NCBI GenBank assembly: GCA_038087875.1
Contig: CM075991.1
Location: 10,108,001 to 10,172,000, forward strand
DNA: 64,000 bases
Reading direction: 5' to 3'
Source: Malacoraja senta
Lineage: Eukaryota
Shown here: positions 1 through 46,093 of the stretch, in pieces
How the letters are laid out: every line of letters starts with the position of its first letter
How positions within the stretch are numbered: position 1 is the stretch's first letter
Notes under the pieces: generated by a model
What the model was told of the DNA's origin: nothing
The model's database searches: none
The model's input: the letters and a program-made list of their open reading frames with translations, nothing else
Translations under genes and position numbers: made by a program

Positions 1-859
1 TGGGTGAAATACTAACTTTGAATCTGCAAAACTTTTATAAATTGCTGTTCAGAAATCCTGATGGTTTGTCATTTGGCTCAAGTTGTACCCATAGAGCCCA
101 AAGAGCATGGAAACAGACCATTCGGCCCAACTCGTCCATGCCGACCCATTTGCCCGCATTTGGCCAATAATCTCACTAAACGTTTTTTATCCATGTACCA
201 GTCCAAATGTCTTTTAAATGTTGTTTTAGTTCCTGCCTCAACTACCTCCTCTGGCACCTCGTTCCACATGCCCACCACATTCTGTGTGAAAAATGTTGCC
301 CATCAGGCATTAAATCTTTCTCCTGTCACCTTAAACCTATGTCCTCTGGGTTAAAGACTCAAATCACCAATTTGTGGTCGACACTCCCACCCAATGGCGA
401 ACTGCTGTCATTGCAGCCGGCCCCAATTTGCCACTCGATCCAATTCCCTGCATCCACCGTCTTCTAGTCTCTGTACATCTTCATTCCCCCCAGAAAGCAA
501 GATCTTTCAGCCTTTCGTGCAACAAAAAGACAATTTACTCCCCAGCGTTCCGGGCAGAACCTGTTCTTACTTTAAACAATTCCAGGGAATCTAAACCTGG
601 AGGGCACAGGTTTAAGGTGCAAGATTTAAGAGGTTAAAGAGAAAGATGTAATAGGACAAGTTCAACACTCAGAGGGTGTTTGGAACGAAATGCCAGGTTG
701 CCAGCAATTGCAGTAGTGCACCACTGGGTGGGAGTGTCGACCACAAATTGAGTCATCCTTTAATTACAGCAGCGCACCACTGGGTGGGAGTTAGTTCAAT
801 TGGGACTTTATTGTCCCAAGATACAGTGAAATACTTTCTTTAGGAGGTCGAATGCAAGG

Positions 860-1480
860 GCAAAACAAGGCATTGAAGAGTCAGCAAGCCATGATGCAGC
901 TTCATAAAACTTTGGATAGGTCGAATTTGTGTGCAGATCAGGTCACCCCCATTGCAGGAAGGATTCCGAGGCTTGGGTGATGGCTGCAGCTGATGTTGCC
1001 TGGTTTAGAGGATATTATAAGGAGAGTTTTGGACTTGAAACTTGAATTGTTTTCTTTGGAACGGTTGAGGAGAGACCTGATCAAAGTATATTACATCATA
1101 AGAGGTGCAGTTAGAGTGGACAGTTATAATGTGTTTCCCAGAGTGGAAATGGCAAAGACGAGGGTTGAGATTTAAGGTCAAGGTCAAAGTCAAGTCCATT
1201 TTATTTGTCACACGCAGCTGAAGGTGTGTGCAGGAGATGCAGGGCGAGTTTTTTACACAGAGGCTGCTGGATGCCTGGAATGCGCTGCTGGGGGTGGTGG
1301 TGGTGGAGGCAGATACGACAGTGGTGTTTAAGAGGATTTACGACAGGCACATGGATATGCAGGGAACGGAGGGATATGGATGATATGCAGGCAGGAGAGA
1401 TTGGTTTAAATTACTATCGTGTTCAGCACAGAAATTATGGGCCGAAGGGCCTGTTCCGGTACTGTACTGTTCCATGTTCA
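860..1480 (+). mobile_element. Old CR1 3' fragment, interrupted
   Basis: LFSLERLRRDLIKVY..IRG..RVD peptide (ORF 993..1175) and 3' tail ggccgaagggcctgttcc. Confidence 0.7.
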
Positions 1481-2277
1481 GTGATGATCCACTCCAGTTA
1501 TCCAGTAGCTCATGTCTAACAATGACCCGCGTATGTCAGCCAGAGCTCCCACTATCTCTTCCCAAGATTCCCACAGTGTCCTTGGATATATCTGATCAGG
1601 CCTGGGAAATTTGGTGACATTCGTACGCCTTAGGACTGTCCTCAAGACATCTTCAATGACTGTTCCAAGATTCCCAGTCTTCATTGTCTTTCTTCACAGA
1701 GGAGAAAGGACAAGTGGTCATCTCCTTCGACTCCACACAGAGTTGACCACTTTGCTTTCTTCGGGGCTAACACGCGGTCACGGAGAGAACGTGCAAACTC
1801 CGTACAGACAGCACCCGTAGTCGGGATCGAACCCGGGACTCCAGCGCTGTAACCTGCTGGAGTGGATGCTCATTGCCATCAAAACAGGATCACTTCTCTT
1901 CCGACGACATGCAATGCCATTGCCACAAGACCGACGGGGCCGCGTCCTGCAGGGGAAGCCACCGAGCCCCAAGGACCAGAGAACCGGAGAGGAGGGGGAC
2001 GGCAGAACAAGTGAACCGGGGTCTTGCCATCCTCCTGTGCCCTCGAGCTCGGCCCTGGGGCACGAAGGCCTGAAGGTGGCCAGGCGAGGAGAGGAGAGGG
2101 GCGAGGGTTCGCTGGATAATCTGGACAGAAGTGATGGCTGGAGGCACCGCCCGTGAACGTGCAAACTCCCTATAGACAGCACCCGTAGTCAGGATCGAAC
2201 CCGGGTCTCTGGCGCTGTAAGGCAGCAACTCTACCGCTGCGCCACCGTGTCGCCTCTACTTGTGATAGAGAAACGCT

Positions 2278-2643
2278 GAAGGTAGACACAAAAAGCTGGA
2301 GTAACTCAGCGGGACGGGCAGCATCTCTGGAGAGAAGGAACGGGTGACGTCTTCAGACTGAGAGTCGTGGGGGGGGGGAGGGGGGGGGAGAGGGAGACAC
2401 AAAGATAAGGAAGGGCAAGGCGTGAAAACGAGACATCGAAAGAGGTGAAGTACAAGGACAATGTGGAATAGATCATTGTTAGCTGGGAGAATGCCACAAC
2501 AAGGCAAACAGATCAAATGTAATTAGGGGGACAGTCAGACTGGTCGGAGAACTGGGAGGAGGGAGGGATGGGGGGAGAGAGAGGGAAATCAAGGGTTACT
2601 TGATGTTAGTGACGTTGATATCCATACCGCTGGGGTGTAAGCC
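2278..2643 (-). mobile_element. Penelope-like element 3' end
   Basis: Minus strand LHPSGMDINVTNIK* followed by a pyrimidine-rich UTR and the same terminal repeat (partly deleted hammerhead core). Confidence 0.7.
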
Positions 2644-3419
2644 CATTAAAAAGGTTCATTAAAAAAATCATAATACATGATTTCCCCGAGGGGTGCTGTT
2701 GTGAAACACACAGTCTTCTGCATTGCTCAATACACAGCTTGACGTAGGAGGCTTTTAATATTTGCAACATTATGGGATCCCAATGAAATGGGAACCCGTC
2801 AATATTTCACAAAGAAAACGGCATTCGTCAATACAACATATGTACAGTCAATATATTGTACAATATCAAATTTGCATCAAATGCAATGTTAAAAAAAAAA
2901 AGTACACATTCCTCTGATACATCCACTAGACACGGTAAAGGCATCCATATTATAGCCTTTTTACACTGAGATTTTAATAGCCCACCCAATCCTTTATTCA
3001 TTTATTTTAAACTACGGGGTTTAGGTACCATCAGTCTTTCTGGTCGATTCGACTTGGATCTCGGAACAGAGGTGAGACTGTGAAGTTACCTTGTAACGAG
3101 ACACACTTTGGACACTGCATTGAGGGTGATCTTCAAGGAAGGATTGGAGGGCGTGAAGGGTTGCAGATACCTTGAGCAGGAAAAGTGGGCTAACCCACAA
3201 CAGGTCAGCAAATATAATAAAGAATAAAAAAAACTCAGATCAGGGCACCACAAACTCTGAACAAGGACCACAATATCGGACTAGGATGTCCAGCATATTC
3301 TCAAGGAGAGGCAGAACCGTTTTGTTCTGGGCTCGCTTGGCCACTTGAAATAATCTTCTCGCTGGTGGGAAAGTGCAGAGATGAGGAGTGCAAACCTTGG
3401 AGGTAATGGCTTTAAAGCT

Positions 3420-3715
3420 GGAGATATAGACTTTAGAGATACAGCGTGGAAACAGGCCCGTCAGCCCACCGATTCCGCGCCGACCAGCGTCACCCCGTTC
3501 GATCCGACGCACTAGGGAAACAATTTACAGAAGCCAATTAACCTACAAATCTGCACGCAATAGGCGTGTGGGAGGAAACTGGAGCACCCGGAGCAAACCC
3601 ACGCGTGTCACGGGGCGAACATACAAACTCCGTACAGATAGCATGTGTAGTCAGGATAGAACCCGGGTCTCTGGCGCTGTAAGGCAGCAACTCTACCGCT
3701 GCGCCACCATGCGGC
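3420..3715 (-). mobile_element. V-SINE
   Basis: Reverse complement of the same consensus. Confidence 0.8.
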
Positions 3716-4149
3716 CTCTCTGACCGAGTATCGATTACGAGTTTACGAGGATAGATTCTCAGTCCTTTATGTAAAACTCGAACTTTTAAAATTTAAGAAA
3801 AAACTGAAGATTTTTTCTTGTGTTTTGCAAAATCCATTTCCCTTTAATCCCACGTGAATATTCTGGTATTAATCTCACCTTTCCGCAAATTAAATGTGAA
3901 TTATGATTTAAACCTTCTGACTTGAGGGCGGTGGTGTTTCCAAATATCAGTGCGGACTGGAGCTTGGAAAACAAGAAGTTTCTGGTCTAGAAGTACTTAA
4001 ATATTGTTGGGAATTTTTGCCGAAGGTTTGCAGAAAGATGTTCCCACAGCGCCAAATTACTGCGTCTGCCAGAGCTTCTTTCTTTGACATGGGTGCAGTT
4101 TTAAACGGAAAGTGTAATGAGTCGTGCCAGCATAGTCTTGTTCCAGTCT

Positions 4150-4450
4150 GGGCAGCACGGTGGCACTGCGGTAGAGTTCCCGGTTCAATCCTGACTTACG
4201 GGTGCTGTCTGTACGGAGTTTGTACCTTCTCCCTGTAACCACGTGGGTTTTCTCCTGGGTGCCCTGGTTCCCTCCCGCACTCCAAAGACCTGCAGGTTTG
4301 TAGGTTAATTGGCTTATTGTAGATGTAAAATTGTCCAAGTGTGTGTGTGTGTGTGTGTGTAGGATGGTGCTAGTATGCAGGGATCACTGGTCAGTGCGGA
4401 CTCGGTGGGCCGAAGGGCCCGTTTCCGCGCTGTTTCTCTAAACTAAACTG
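4150..4450 (+). mobile_element. V-SINE with internal (GT)n
   Basis: Same consensus. Confidence 0.8.
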
Positions 4451-7400
4451 CTGGTATCTTGAGCAAAATACAAGGAACTCAGTGGGTCAGGCAGCATCTG
4501 AGGAGGGAAATGGCTATTTATCCATTATTCTCACAGTCGGCAATAATCAGCAGGAATTGACATGCTAATTTGTTATTAACGGCGAGCCGCCCTTCTGACC
4601 CTGATTTTGCAATGTTAGACAAAGAATGGTGGAAATCCGTCATAGACTGGTCATAATGGTGCTACAAGCCCTCCACATAGATCACTCCCACATCCAAAAG
4701 TCTTTATCTGTATCATCACCAACCTTCTATACATGGTATAGTTAAAGGTTCAAAAGTGGCGTCCAGACCCAAAACATTGCCTATCCATGTTCTCCATAGA
4801 TGCTGCCTGACCTGCTGAGTTATGCCAGCAGGGTCTCTTTCAATTAACCAGTTCTGCCCAGTCCAGTCAAAGCTTTTACGACTAATAATTGGATACTAAT
4901 CAATGCTCGAGTTTTTAGACTTTAGAGATAGAGTGTGGAAACTGGCCCTTCGGCCCACCGAGTCCATGCCAACCAGCGAGCTCTATCCTACACGCACTCG
5001 GGATAATTTTACAATTTTACCAAAGCCAATTACCCTACAAACCTGCACGTCATTGGAGTGTGGGAGGAAACTGGAGCACCCGGAGAAAACCTCCGCGGGT
5101 CACGGGGAGAACGTGCAAACTCGGTACAGACAGCACCCGGAGTCAGGATCGAACCCGGGTCTCTGGCAGCAACTCTACCGCTGTACTGGGAGAACTAGTG
5201 TTTAGCACAGGCCTCTGTTTTGGGAGAAATCGTTTCATTTGTGGGAATTCATTGGGGAAGAAATATAGTTGGTAGTTACAAGGACACAAACTGCTGGAGT
5301 AACTGAGTGGGTCAGGCAGCATCTCTGGAGAACATGATAGGTGACGTTTCGGGTCGGGACCCTTCCTTGAGTCTACTCCACCACTTTGTGTCTTATTTTT
5401 AAGCCAGCATCTGCAGGTCCTTGTTTCGACTAGTTTGTATGAAGGCCCTGTGTCCAGCCAGCAGTGAGGATATGCATTAATGTATTTTGCTGTTCTCCAA
5501 CTCCAACTCCACCTCCACCTGTGCTGATCTGATCTGTGCGAGATGATACAATTTAACGGCAGTTTCCCATCATTGTGTACAATGATCGTCGAGGGATGTG
5601 ATGTGGAAAATATGAAATCTCAATTAACTTTTGAAATGAACCCATTTCCACGTGGGTACTCTGGGACCACTGTAGACCACTGTCCTGTATCTCCCCTCAG
5701 TTTCCCAACCACCTCTGAATGATAATTGTTCAGTCCTGTACACAAAACCTGCTGCTTCGCATATTACACCAGCCAAGAGCGGAACTCGCTATCAAAACAT
5801 GGAGGGAAGTGTCCCCTCTGGCGCCCCCCGGGTTTTCCGCCCTGACACCAGTCAGCTCCAAAGCCCTCAGAAAATTGCCCCAGCATTTTTAAATGAAATA
5901 GTATAATAATTGGCTACTGCAACATCGTGCTAGTGGGTATGTCCAAGCGTTTACACTTGTTCAAATGCTAAGGATGTTTAGATTCTTGCACGGCTTCAAA
6001 TCCTGAAAGAGTCCCTGACATTTAAAAACTGCTAACACATAGCTTAAGCTCTTCAACAGACATATACATCCTGATGCACGCACGATACAAATGTATAAAC
6101 ATGTAAACTGGTGCAACTTTACACATATTTACTTTGGCAGAACAAGGTTGTTTACTGAATCCCAAGCACAAGATGAGCGGCCTTTGTATTCCGAGCCATT
6201 GTCCAAGAGAGAGGAGGAGTCAGAGCAGAGGGGTTGGCGTTCCTGAGGTGGCCAGCAGAGGGCGAACCAACTCCACCGCGAGCCGCTCTGGACTTCCGGT
6301 TGTCCAGAGATGGGAAAGACCAATAACTCGTCAAACTCCAAGAAGGGGACTTTCCCATCCCAATTTCCTGGTTCCAATTCTTGCTCAGCACCTCCCACCC
6401 CTTTCCTGAACCTTGAGCACTCCATCCAGGTCTATGGGGCCCTCAACTCCATTGGCCTTCCACTGTGGTCAGTCCCAATGATGTGACGTGTAGGAAGGAA
6501 CTGCAGATGCTGGTTTACACCGAAAATAAGACAAGAATGCTGGAGTAACTCAGCAGGACCGGTAGCGTCTCTGGAGAGAAGGAATGGGTGACGTTTCGGG
6601 TCAAGACCCTTCCCTCAGGCATAAGAAACGTCCATCCCTTCTCTCAAAGATGCCGCCCATCCTGCTGTGTTAATCCAGCATTTCCCGTCAGAACCACCCC
6701 CACGTCCCCACAAAACACACTGAGGTGCAACTGGCAAAGCCAGTGGTGGCAGCCAAGTTGCGCATGGAAAGATGCCACTGCCTGGTCAAGGGTAGAACTT
6801 TGCAAGATGCATTCCCTGGAGGCCTGGAAGCATACGCTTGTTGAATGGCAGCACAATGGGTCTCGATGGTCCTAGCTAGCGTGGACCACGGCTAACATGC
6901 GCGTCTCCCACTCATCCACACCTGGTCTTACTTTAACCTTGGTCTTGTCTCACCTGTGGGACCACCCTGAAGGACAATATTACATGGTTGATGAATAAGC
7001 CTCCTAAAGGGTGCCCAGCTACTGACCAACGAACCAATGGACCCATCAGCTCCGAGTCAATTTCTCAGGCAAGTGCCAGGTCTTGGGCACTCAACGTTAA
7101 GGCCCAACATCATTCCAAGCAGAACTATACAACTCCTTAGACGTTGGGACCTATTGAGAAGGAAGCAATATTGGTTCATATATATATTGGCAATATATTG
7201 GTATCCAATATTGGCACTGATAACAATATACCACACACCCAATATACATCGGAAGTCCCAACTAAATAGGAAGGCTGCAATTCTGACCTCCCACCACTGG
7301 ATGCCCCCGGATTCAAGGATGCGACAAGCCTCCTCACAACACCAATTCTCTTCCCACCTTCCCCGGTTCAATTCCCATCTTGGGACCACTGAACCTCTGG

Positions 7401-7739
7401 CGATTTCACAATTGAATTTGCAGGCCGACATTCCATCCGGAGATGGACAGACAATCCATGAGGAATAAGGGGCCATGCACGCAGACTCCAACCAACATCC
7501 TTTGCACCCCTCATCACCAAGGACCACTGGGCTCTCATCCACCTGGTCCGACATGTGAGGAAGGTGTCCTCTTTGTTCTGCCCTCTGACTACATTTTCTA
7601 CTTCAACACAGCAGCATTGTTTCAATTCTCATCGCGCCACCAGCTTTAAAATGCCATTATTTTTCTTTACATCCGAGTTGAACCTGAGATGACAGCGAGA
7701 AGGCAAATTGTCCAGAGTGGGCCTGGCTGTGGGACGGCG

Positions 7740-7924
7740 TCAGGCGACGGTGGACGTCCGGGCCACATTGGACGAGGGCTTGTTCGAGTTGACGTGGGGG
7801 AACGAGGCCGGAATTCGGGTTGGTCGCGCTGAAGGTGTAGTCGTGGGCCTGGAAGCACAGAGGGAAGAACTCGGTAACAACGCAAAAGCAAAGTCCCGCA
7901 GGGGGCGCGGAGCCGAGATCGAAT
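7740..7924 (-). CDS. GRK5: Candidate terminal coding exon of the GRK gene (...IPASFPHVNSNKPSSNVARTSTVA*); acceptor and frame unresolved
   Basis: Unique GC-rich sequence with two pyrimidine-tract AG acceptors (exon start 7924 or 7848). One frame resembles the GRK5 C-terminus (SFNHHINSNHVSSNSTGSS). Neither acceptor is in phase 0 with that frame. Confidence 0.5.
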
Positions 7925-8576
7925 CTGGGGGAACCGAAGAGAATGCGCAGAGAAAGGAAAAAATGCGATTGGTGTAGGATGTGTATCGAGCCTCTCCGGG
8001 CAAGAGACTGTGTGTGTCTACCCTGGTCTATCCCTTCGTTATCACCTCTTCCACAGCCAACAATGAACCATTGTGGGCTCCACCTTTCCTTGATCATCCG
8101 TGCCGGTTCGGATTCGTTCTGAACCTTATCATACCTCTAGTTTCCCTCCTCCCCTGACTCTCAGTCTGAAGAAGGGTCTCGACTCGAAACGTCACCCATT
8201 CCTTCTCTCCAGAGATGCTGCCTGTCCCGATGAGTTACTCCAGCATTTTGTTTCTATCTTATCTTTGGTGTAAACTAGCATTGCAGGTCCTTGCAACACA
8301 ATGCTAGTAGTTTAGTTTAGTTTATCGTCACCAGCACCAAGGTATAGTGAAATGTGTTGTTGGTTGAGTGCCATCTGGTCAGCGGAAAGACTATACATGG
8401 TTACAATCACGCCGTCCACAGTGTACAGGATACAGGATAAAGGGAATACGTTTAGTGCAAGATAAGTCCAGTACAGATAGTCCAAGTGTCCCCCAATAAG
8501 GTAGATGGTAAGTCAGGACCGCTCTCTCAGCTCACTACTCAGCAGGACTCTGGGCTTACGGAGCAGGGATGACTAA

Positions 8577-8787
8577 AGGGCCTGTCCCACTTGGGTGTCA
8601 TTTGCGCATCACGCAGATGGCGCGCGAAGATTTTGTACATCCCCAAATCCTCGGGCGCCGCGCGCGACCGTGCGTCACTGCCTACGTCACCACGCACCAT
8701 GCGCGCATCACGTGCGCGGAACAACCCGCGCGTCGTGCGTCGTGATGCGTAAATGATGACGCGTAAATTACGCGCAAATGACGCCCA
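8577..8787. mobile_element. PIF/Harbinger-type MITE, subfamily D, right TIR truncated
   Basis: taa-agggcctgtcccacttgggtgtcatttgcgc ... gcgcaaatgacgccca; CpG-rich interior; outer right TIR missing. Confidence 0.6.
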
Positions 8788-8849
8788 TTAAGTGCCTGTT
8801 GTTGTCCCCGTACAGAGTTAGACCAATACACCACAGCAATAGGCCCTTC

Positions 8850-9155
8850 TGGGACGGCACAGTGGCACAGGGGTAGAGTTGCTGCCTTTTACAGCACCAG
8901 AGACGCTGGTTCGATCTGATGGCGGGTGCCGTATGTACGGAGTTTGTACGTTCTCCCGTGACCGCGTGGGTTTTTCTCCAAGTGCTCCGGTTTCCTCCCA
9001 CACTCTAAAGACGTACGGGTTTGTAGGTTAAATGGCTTCTTCAAATTGTAAACAAATTGTCCCTAATGCGTGTAGGTTCGTGTATTGGGGTGGTCGCTGG
9101 TTGGCGCCGACTCAGTGGGCAGAAGGGCCTGTTTTCCATGCTGTATCTCTAAAGT
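8850..9155 (+). mobile_element. V-SINE
   Basis: Same consensus. Confidence 0.8.
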
Positions 9156-9611
9156 CGAAAGCCCACCGAGTCAATAACAACCATCGACTGCTCATTTGCA
9201 CTAATACAATTTTTTTCCCTCCCGTACCCCCATCAGCTCCCCCAGAATCTACCCCACATCCACCACTCGGGGCGATTTAGGGTGGCAATTTAAGTTACCA
9301 AACTGCACACAGTCAGGATGTGAGAGGAAACCAGAGCACCCGAAGGAAACGCATGTGGTTACAGGGGGAACGTGAACACTCCACACACTCAGCACTCGAT
9401 GTCATGATCGAACCTGGGTCCCTCACGGTGAGAGGCAGCGGCTCTCCCAGCTGCCACCCAGTGCTGTGGGTGCTGCAAGGTTGCTGCAAGGATTGCGCCT
9501 GCTGCTGCACTGGGGGCTCCAGCATTGCTGCCCATGCACAAGTCCAAACCGGGACGTTTAGAGAACATGCGTTTCACAACATGCAGCGAGGCGTACACAA
9601 GCGACTGTTTA

Positions 9612-42728
<33,117 letters not shown>

Positions 42729-43839
42729 CTACTGCAACCATGCATCTTTGTGTTCCAAGCAACCAGCTAAGTTCTGCTCTGCACTCTCTGCTAAATTGCT
42801 TAGGTTGCATTTTCTGTTTCCATTGCAAGCCGTGCCTGATGTGAAACATGACAATACAGGGGGTTAGTGGTTTGATTGTAGGCTGTGAGTTAGAACAAGC
42901 AACATGAACATGTACAAAACAAACCTTGCACTGGACAAGCCTAGAGTACAGGGACCTAATTTGCCCCAGCATCCCTCCGCTGCATGAGCCCAATGGCTGC
43001 TTAGCGATGCAGGTACCTGCATAGTTCAATGGATATTCATTGTCACATATGCAATTAAACATTACATAGTGAAATTCATTTTGCATATAATGCCAGTGCC
43101 GCCTTGTTTGGGGCCATTTCGGTACCTCGCGCATTATGTGAATGGCGAACAGGGAAGAAACTCCGTGCGAACAGGTACATTGTGTCTCAATAAGAGAGGT
43201 AATTATCGCCAATGAGAAATCAGCTGGGATCATATGTTCAAAACAGATGACTGATCAGATCAACACAGGACTCACCAAGGGAATCCAGCGTTGTAAACAT
43301 GTGAAACCAAGACACTTGGAGAACTCCAGCAGGAACACAAGGAGTTGTGTATGCAGCCAAGCAGAGGCCAAGATACAAGCAGAACCTGACAGCCTGAACT
43401 TCAATTAAAAGATAATTAAACCACACTACTCGACCAACCTGCCAGGCAATTTCCAAAAGATTCAAAACTAAGACAGTGCAGAGGTTGGGTGTCAGGGGAG
43501 AAGGCTGGAGAATGGGGTTGAGAGGGAGAGATAGATTGAATGGTGGAGTAGACTTGATGGGTCGAATGGCCTAATTCTGCAGGTCAAGCAGCATCTCTGG
43601 AGATAAGGAATAGGTGACGTTTTGGGTCGAACGAAGACCCTGAAGAAGGGTCTTGACCGGAAACCTCACCTATTCCTTCTCTCCAGAGATGCTGCCTGAC
43701 CCGCTGAGTTATTCTGGCATTCCGTGCCTATCTAATCTCTCCCCTTAACTAAACTTTCCCAAATTAGGCAAAATTCTGTCAAATTTCTGCGCTCTCACCA
43801 GCACGATCACATCCTTCCAATCTTGTGGCGATGGGAACA

Positions 43840-44054
43840 GGGCGGTACGGTGGTGCAGCGGTTGAGTTGCAGCCTTACAGCGCTTGCAGTTCCAGAGACC
43901 CGGGTTCGATCCCGCCTACGGGTTCTCGTCTGTACGGAGTTTGTCCGTTCTCCCCGTGACCGCATGGGTTTTCTCCGAGATCTTCGTTTTCCTCCCACAC
44001 TCCAAAGATGTACAGGTTGGTAGGTAAATTGGCTTGGTATAAGTGTAAATTGTC

Positions 44055-44134
<80 letters not shown>

Positions 44135-44200
44135 GATAGTGTTAATATACGGGTCGGTGGACCGAAGGGCCTATTTCCAAACTGTGTCCCTAAACTCAAC
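43840..44200 (+). mobile_element. V-SINE with expanded internal (GT)n
   Basis: Same consensus. Confidence 0.8.
44057..44132. repeat. (GT)38 microsatellite
   Basis: Perfect dinucleotide run inside a SINE. Confidence 0.95.
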
Positions 44201-45144
44201 TACTAAACTGTCCGAAGAACCGTCTCGACCCGAAACGTCGCCTATTTCCTTCGCTCCATAGATGCTGCCTCACCCTCTGAGTTTCTCCAGCATTTTTGTC
44301 TACTAAACTGCACACATGCCTGGTTGATTTATTCTTGCTTCAAATTTTTACATGTATAAGAAGGAACTGCAGATGCTGGCCTACACTGAAGAAAGACACC
44401 AAATGCTGGAGTAATAGGTGACGTTTTTGGACCTTCAGACTGAAGAAGGGTCTTGACCCGAAACGTCACCTATCGCTTTTCTCCAGAGATGCTGCCTGAC
44501 CCGCTGAGTTGCTCCAGCATTTTGCGTCTATCTTCAAATGTTGATATTCTTGGCCACCTTTGCAGTCTTCTCTCCTGCCGCACCTGTAAGGATTTCCTTA
44601 AGGCTATACCACACTGCAGAAACCAGAAGAGAAACTCCATATCTAGGCCCCACCCGTCATTTAGACCCATCCATCATCTGTGTCTCTCTGTCATAAGACA
44701 ATGCACATATTGGTTCAATGTGTTGTTGCCTTGCACTGTACTAATCCTACCGATAGCTTTCATAGCATAAGGCACTTGCAATGACAGAGGCAACGCCAGC
44801 CGAGGCCCTGGAACATCATCATTGAATCGCTTTGCAGCATTTGTGGATTGTAATTGCGTAACAAAATACAGGCTAATGAGTTTTCCAGCACCAAGTCGTG
44901 AAACCAAACTCCTTGTTATGCACCCTAGTCATGCGATGTAAACGCCATTTGTCTTTTGTCTGACAAAAAAGCAGGCTATTCAGCCCTTCGGGTTTGCCCT
45001 GCTATCCCACAAAACAACAGCTAATTTCCTGCATCTCGCACCCCTCACCGTTAGTCAGGATCGAACCGGGGTCTCTGGCGCTGTAAGGCAGCAACTCTAC
45101 CGCTGCGCCACCGTGTCTGGCTCTCACTGGAACATGTCATGAGG

Positions 45145-45510
45145 TCATAAATAATAATAGGAGCATGATTAGGTTATTCGGCCCATCAAGTCTACTCCGC
45201 CATTCAATCATGGTTGATCTAATCTCTCCTTCCTAACCCCATTCTCCTGCCTTCTCCCCATAACCCCTGACACCCGTACTAATCAAGAATCTATCTCTGC
45301 CTTAAAAATATCTATTGAATTAGCTTCCACAGCCTTCTGTGGCAATAATTTCACAGATTCACCACCCTCTGACTAAAGAAATCACTTCTCATCTCCTTCC
45401 TAGAGGAATGTCCTTTAATTCTGATGCTATGAGCCTCTGGTCCTAGACTCTCCCACTAGTGGAAACATCCTCTCCACATCCACTCTATCCAAGCCTTTCA
45501 CTATTCGATT
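45145..45510 (-). mobile_element. CR1 3' fragment
   Basis: Similarity to the 28430-28790 subfamily. Confidence 0.8.
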
Positions 45511-46093
45511 CACATACTTAGGATTAACCATGAAACCGTTCTGAAACAGTCAGGAAAAATAATAGTGCACAATATCTCTTGCAAAAAATCAGCTCAATTT
45601 ACCATGCCAACTGCAACAATTATCCATATTTATGACCGGCAATAGGCGGCTCTCCAGAGAACATTCTGTGCCGGGAGCACTCAGAGATTGTCTGCAACTC
45701 AAATTGCCTTTGGTGAGGGAACAAGGATGTGCGTACAGTCCCGTACCAAGAAGAACAGGTTTGCCTGTGGTTCCCAGTGGATCTGTCCATGTTCAGAGAC
45801 TCCCTTCCTGGTGTCCGTGAGGCACCCGCAAAGATCTTGCCCGGCCATTCACTGCCTGAAGCAGTAACCTGCAAATCCTTCTCCTTCATTTAGCTCCTGG
45901 TTCAGCCACAACTAAGAAGAGTGCCCATGGCAGGTAGAGTTGGAGGGACAGTGTGGGAGGTGTGGGATACGTATCTTTCCACTGTGTGAAACAATAGACA
46001 ATAGGTGCAGGAGTCGACCATTTGGCCCAGCACCGCCATTCAATGTGGTTATGGCTGATCATCCCCAATCAGTACCCCGTTCCTGCATTCCCC

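Noticed and set aside
1700..1746. Possible last exon of a convergent plus-strand gene (tttcttcacag|..EKGQVVISFDSTQS*)
   Set aside because: No recognisable homology and no partner exons in the window.
2993..3006. Tandem minus-strand AATAAA as the GRK poly(A) site
   Set aside because: Plausible (would imply a 3'UTR of about 4.7 kb) but unsupported without transcript data.
8560..8572. 13-nt micro-exon (tag|TCATCCCTGCTCC|gtaagc) that would restore the GRK5-like terminal frame with the 7924 acceptor
   Set aside because: Its acceptor lies at a MITE end with almost no pyrimidine tract; likely coincidence without RNA evidence.
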